Of a stretch of 64,000 bases of DNA, positions 61,630-64,000 are shown piece by piece. The notes below the pieces were generated by a model, which searched no databases, was not told where the DNA came from, and was given only the letters and a program-made list of their open reading frames with translations. This DNA is from Alphaproteobacteria bacterium. Lineage in GTDB: Bacteria; Pseudomonadota; Alphaproteobacteria; SP197. The stretch's first letter is position 1. Each line of letters begins with the position of its first letter. A program made the position numbers and the translations under genes. Location: positions 1 through 64,000 of the forward strand of contig OZ219746.1 in NCBI GenBank assembly GCA_964291265.2. Reading direction: 5' to 3'.

Positions 61630-63999
61630 TCAGACGACGATGTTGACGACGCGGTTGGGGACCACGATCACCTTGCGGATGGGCCTGTCGCCGATGGCCC
61701 GTCTGACGTTGTCCTCGCCGAGCGCCGCCGATTCGACATGGTCATGGGCCGCATCCCGGGGCATATCGAGCCGCGCCCTCAGCCTGCCGTTGACCTGGAC
61801 GGGAATGGTCACGGCGTCCGTGGTGGCGAGAACCGGGTCGGCCTCGGGCCATGGCGTGTCGGCGATCAGGGTCTCGTGACCGAGACGATTCCACATCTCC
61901 TCGGCAAGGTGCGGCATCATCGGTCCGATCAGGCGCACCAGCATCTCAAGGGACTCGCGCAAGGCCTCCGGTACGCCCGGCTGTGCCGCATGAACGCCGG
62001 CGACGGCGTTGACGAGTTCGTGAATGCGCGCCACCGCCCGGTTGAAGTGAAACTTCTCGATATCCACGGTGATGCCGGCGATCGTCCTGTGGACGACACG
62101 GCGCAGTTCGAGGCCCGCTCCCTCGACCTTCGGCACGGGTGTTCCCGGTGGTGGCAGCAGGTCCAGCATCTCGTTCGTCATGCGGGCGATGCGCTGAACG
62201 AACCGGTGGGCCCCCGCGATGCCGCTGTCTGTCCATTCAAGGCCACGGTCCGGCGGCGAGTCCGACAGCATGAACCAGCGTGCCGTATCGGCGCCGTAGT
62301 CGCGGATGATGCTCTCCGGATCGACCACGTTCTTGCGGGACTTGGACATTTTCTCCGAGCGTCCGACGGTGACGGCCTCGCCGGTCTCGCGGGAGAGCAC
62401 GCCGCCGTCCTCATCCCGGATGACCTCCCGCGGTTCGAGATAGGAGCCATCTGCCAGTCGGTAGGTCTCGTGTCCCACCATGCCTTGCGTGAAGAGGCCG
62501 GCAAAGGGCTCGTCAAGGTCGAGGTAGCCGCAGCGCCTGAGAGCACGCGTGAAGAAGCGCGAGTAGAGGAGGTGCAGAACGGCATGTTCGATGCCGCCGA
62601 TGTACTGGTCGACCGGCATCCAGTAGTCGATGGCGTCGCGTGAGGCCGGTGTTGCGGCATGGGGCGAACAGAAACGCAGAAAGTACCAGCTCGAATCGAC
62701 GAAGGTATCGAGAGTGTCGGTATCGCGCCGCGCCCTGCCATGGCAACGCGGACAGGTGACGTGTTTCCACGTGGGGTGATGATCGAGCGGATTGCCCGGG
62801 TGTCCGAGGTCGATGTCGTCGGGAAGCCGGACGGGAAGGTCGTCCTTGGGTACCGGGACGATTCCGCAATCGGGACAGTGGATCACCGGAATGGGACATC
62901 CCCAGTAACGCTGGCGCGACACCCCCCAGTCCCGCAGCCTGTAGTTGATCTCGCGGTGTCCGGTGCCATCAGCCTCCATTCTCGAGGCAACCGCCTCCTT
63001 GGCCTCGGTGACGGAAAGACCGTCAAGGAAGGCCGAGTTGGCGAGTACGCCGTCGCCGACGAATGCCTCGGAGGTGACCTGGAAGCCGGCTGCGTCGCTC
63101 TCACGGGGCACGACCACGGGAATCACGTCGAGACCATAGGCATGGGCAAACTCGAGATCGCGCTGATCATGGGCGGGACAACCGAATATCGCCCCCGATC
63201 CATAGTCCATCAGCACGAAATTGGCGACGAAGACGGGAAGTTCCCGGCCATCGAAGGGGTGGATCGCGACAAGTCCGGTGTCGATGCCCTTCTTGTCAGC
63301 CCGTTCCATGGCTTCCTCGCCGGTGGACGCGCGTCGACACTCCTCGATGAAGTCGTCCAGTCGGGGCACCGTGCGGACAAGATCCGCACTCCACGGGTGC
63401 TCCGGGGAAATGGCCATGAAACTGGCGCCGAAGATGGTGTCATGGCGGGTCGTGAAGACTTCAAGCCTGTCACCGCGCCCCTTGACCGAGAACAGCATTC
63501 TCAAGCCCTCGGAGCGACCGATCCAGTTGGCCTGCATGACGCGGACCTTGTCCGGCCAGCGCTCCAGTTCCGCCAGGGCATCCGTCAGTTCGTCGGCAAA
63601 TTCCGTGATTTTCAGCACCCACTGATTCAGACGCCGCTTTTCGATGAGGGCGCCGGATCGCCATCCCCGGCCGTCGATCACCTGCTCGTTGGCGAGAACG
63701 GTGAGATCGACCGGATCCCAGTTGACCATGGTGTCCCGGCGGTCGACGAGGCCGGCTCCGAGGAAGTCGAGAAAGAGCTCCTGCTGGTGCCTGTAGTATT
63801 CGGGGAGGCACGTGGTGATCTCGCGCGACCAGTCCAGGGACAGTCCCATGGACTGCAGCTGGCGGCGCATGGTGGCGATGTTGGCCAGGGTCCAGTCGCG
63901 CGGATGGACGCCCTTCTCCATGGCGGCATTCTCCGCCGGAAGGCCGAAGGCGTCCCAGCCCATGGGGTGCAGGACATTGAATCCCCGGGCCCGCTTGTA
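61630..63999 (-). CDS. leuS: Leucine--tRNA ligase, 5' part outside window
   Basis: [47 protein letters not shown]. Confidence 0.97.
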   Translation of the reverse strand, partial: YKRARGFNVLHPMGWDAFGLPAENAAMEKGVHPRDWTLANIATMRRQLQSMGLSLDWSREITTCLPEYYRHQQELFLDFLGAGLVDRRDTMVNWDPVDLTVLANEQVIDGRGWRSGALIEKRRLNQWVLKITEFADELTDALAELERWPDKVRVMQANWIGRSEGLRMLFSVKGRGDRLEVFTTRHDTIFGASFMAISPEHPWSADLVRTVPRLDDFIEECRRASTGEEAMERADKKGIDTGLVAIHPFDGRELPVFVANFVLMDYGSGAIFGCPAHDQRDLEFAHAYGLDVIPVVVPRESDAAGFQVTSEAFVGDGVLANSAFLDGLSVTEAKEAVASRMEADGTGHREINYRLRDWGVSRQRYWGCPIPVIHCPDCGIVPVPKDDLPVRLPDDIDLGHPGNPLDHHPTWKHVTCPRCHGRARRDTDTLDTFVDSSWYFLRFCSPHAATPASRDAIDYWMPVDQYIGGIEHAVLHLLYSRFFTRALRRCGYLDLDEPFAGLFTQGMVGHETYRLADGSYLEPREVIRDEDGGVLSRETGEAVTVGRSEKMSKSRKNVVDPESIIRDYGADTARWFMLSDSPPDRGLEWTDSGIAGAHRFVQRIARMTNEMLDLLPPPGTPVPKVEGAGLELRRVVHRTIAGITVDIEKFHFNRAVARIHELVNAVAGVHAAQPGVPEALRESLEMLVRLIGPMMPHLAEEMWNRLGHETLIADTPWPEADPVLATTDAVTIPVQVNGRLRARLDMPRDAAHDHVESAALGEDNVRRAIGDRPIRKVIVVPNRVVNIVV

Positions 64000-64000
64000 G

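Overview
High-GC bacterial chromosome segment, probably alphaproteobacterial and possibly host-associated (inferred from gene content). (1) 1-17.3 kb: tandem array (9,029-bp period) of two alleles of a TbpB-like surface lipoprotein plus a SLAM-type (type XI secretion) translocon. Each fully visible lipoprotein gene follows a ~1-kb shared module (guaA 3' fragment, sigma70-like promoter, lipobox, Ala-rich stalk) and then diverges. One unit carries a recent IS4-like insertion whose transposase is fused to a DUF4338/DruA-like domain, and the array ends where an IS21-type end truncates the second slam copy. (2) 17.7-24 kb: metabolic and transport genes. (3) 24-45 kb: an accessory/defence region with an AbiEii-type gene, TnpB/HigBA/AbiEi relics, a DUF4143 ATPase, a probable group II intron stub, two Rpn/YhgA genes (one on a transposase-less IS66-ended element with an 8-bp TSD), a low-GC Ubl/E2/JAB-E1/ATPase/PIN operon, a DUF1828 gene pair and a serine-recombinase element inserted in an IS3 transposase. 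(4) katG-oxyR and a trimethylamine/histamine dehydrogenase-like gene. (5) A 5.3-kb IS21-family transposon (IRs plus 5-bp TSD) carrying a primase-like DUF3991-TOPRIM gene. (6) Aminotransferase, M20 peptidase, holA, lptE and leuS. No rRNA, tRNA or CRISPR array was seen. All family calls come from motif recognition by eye; no database search was run.
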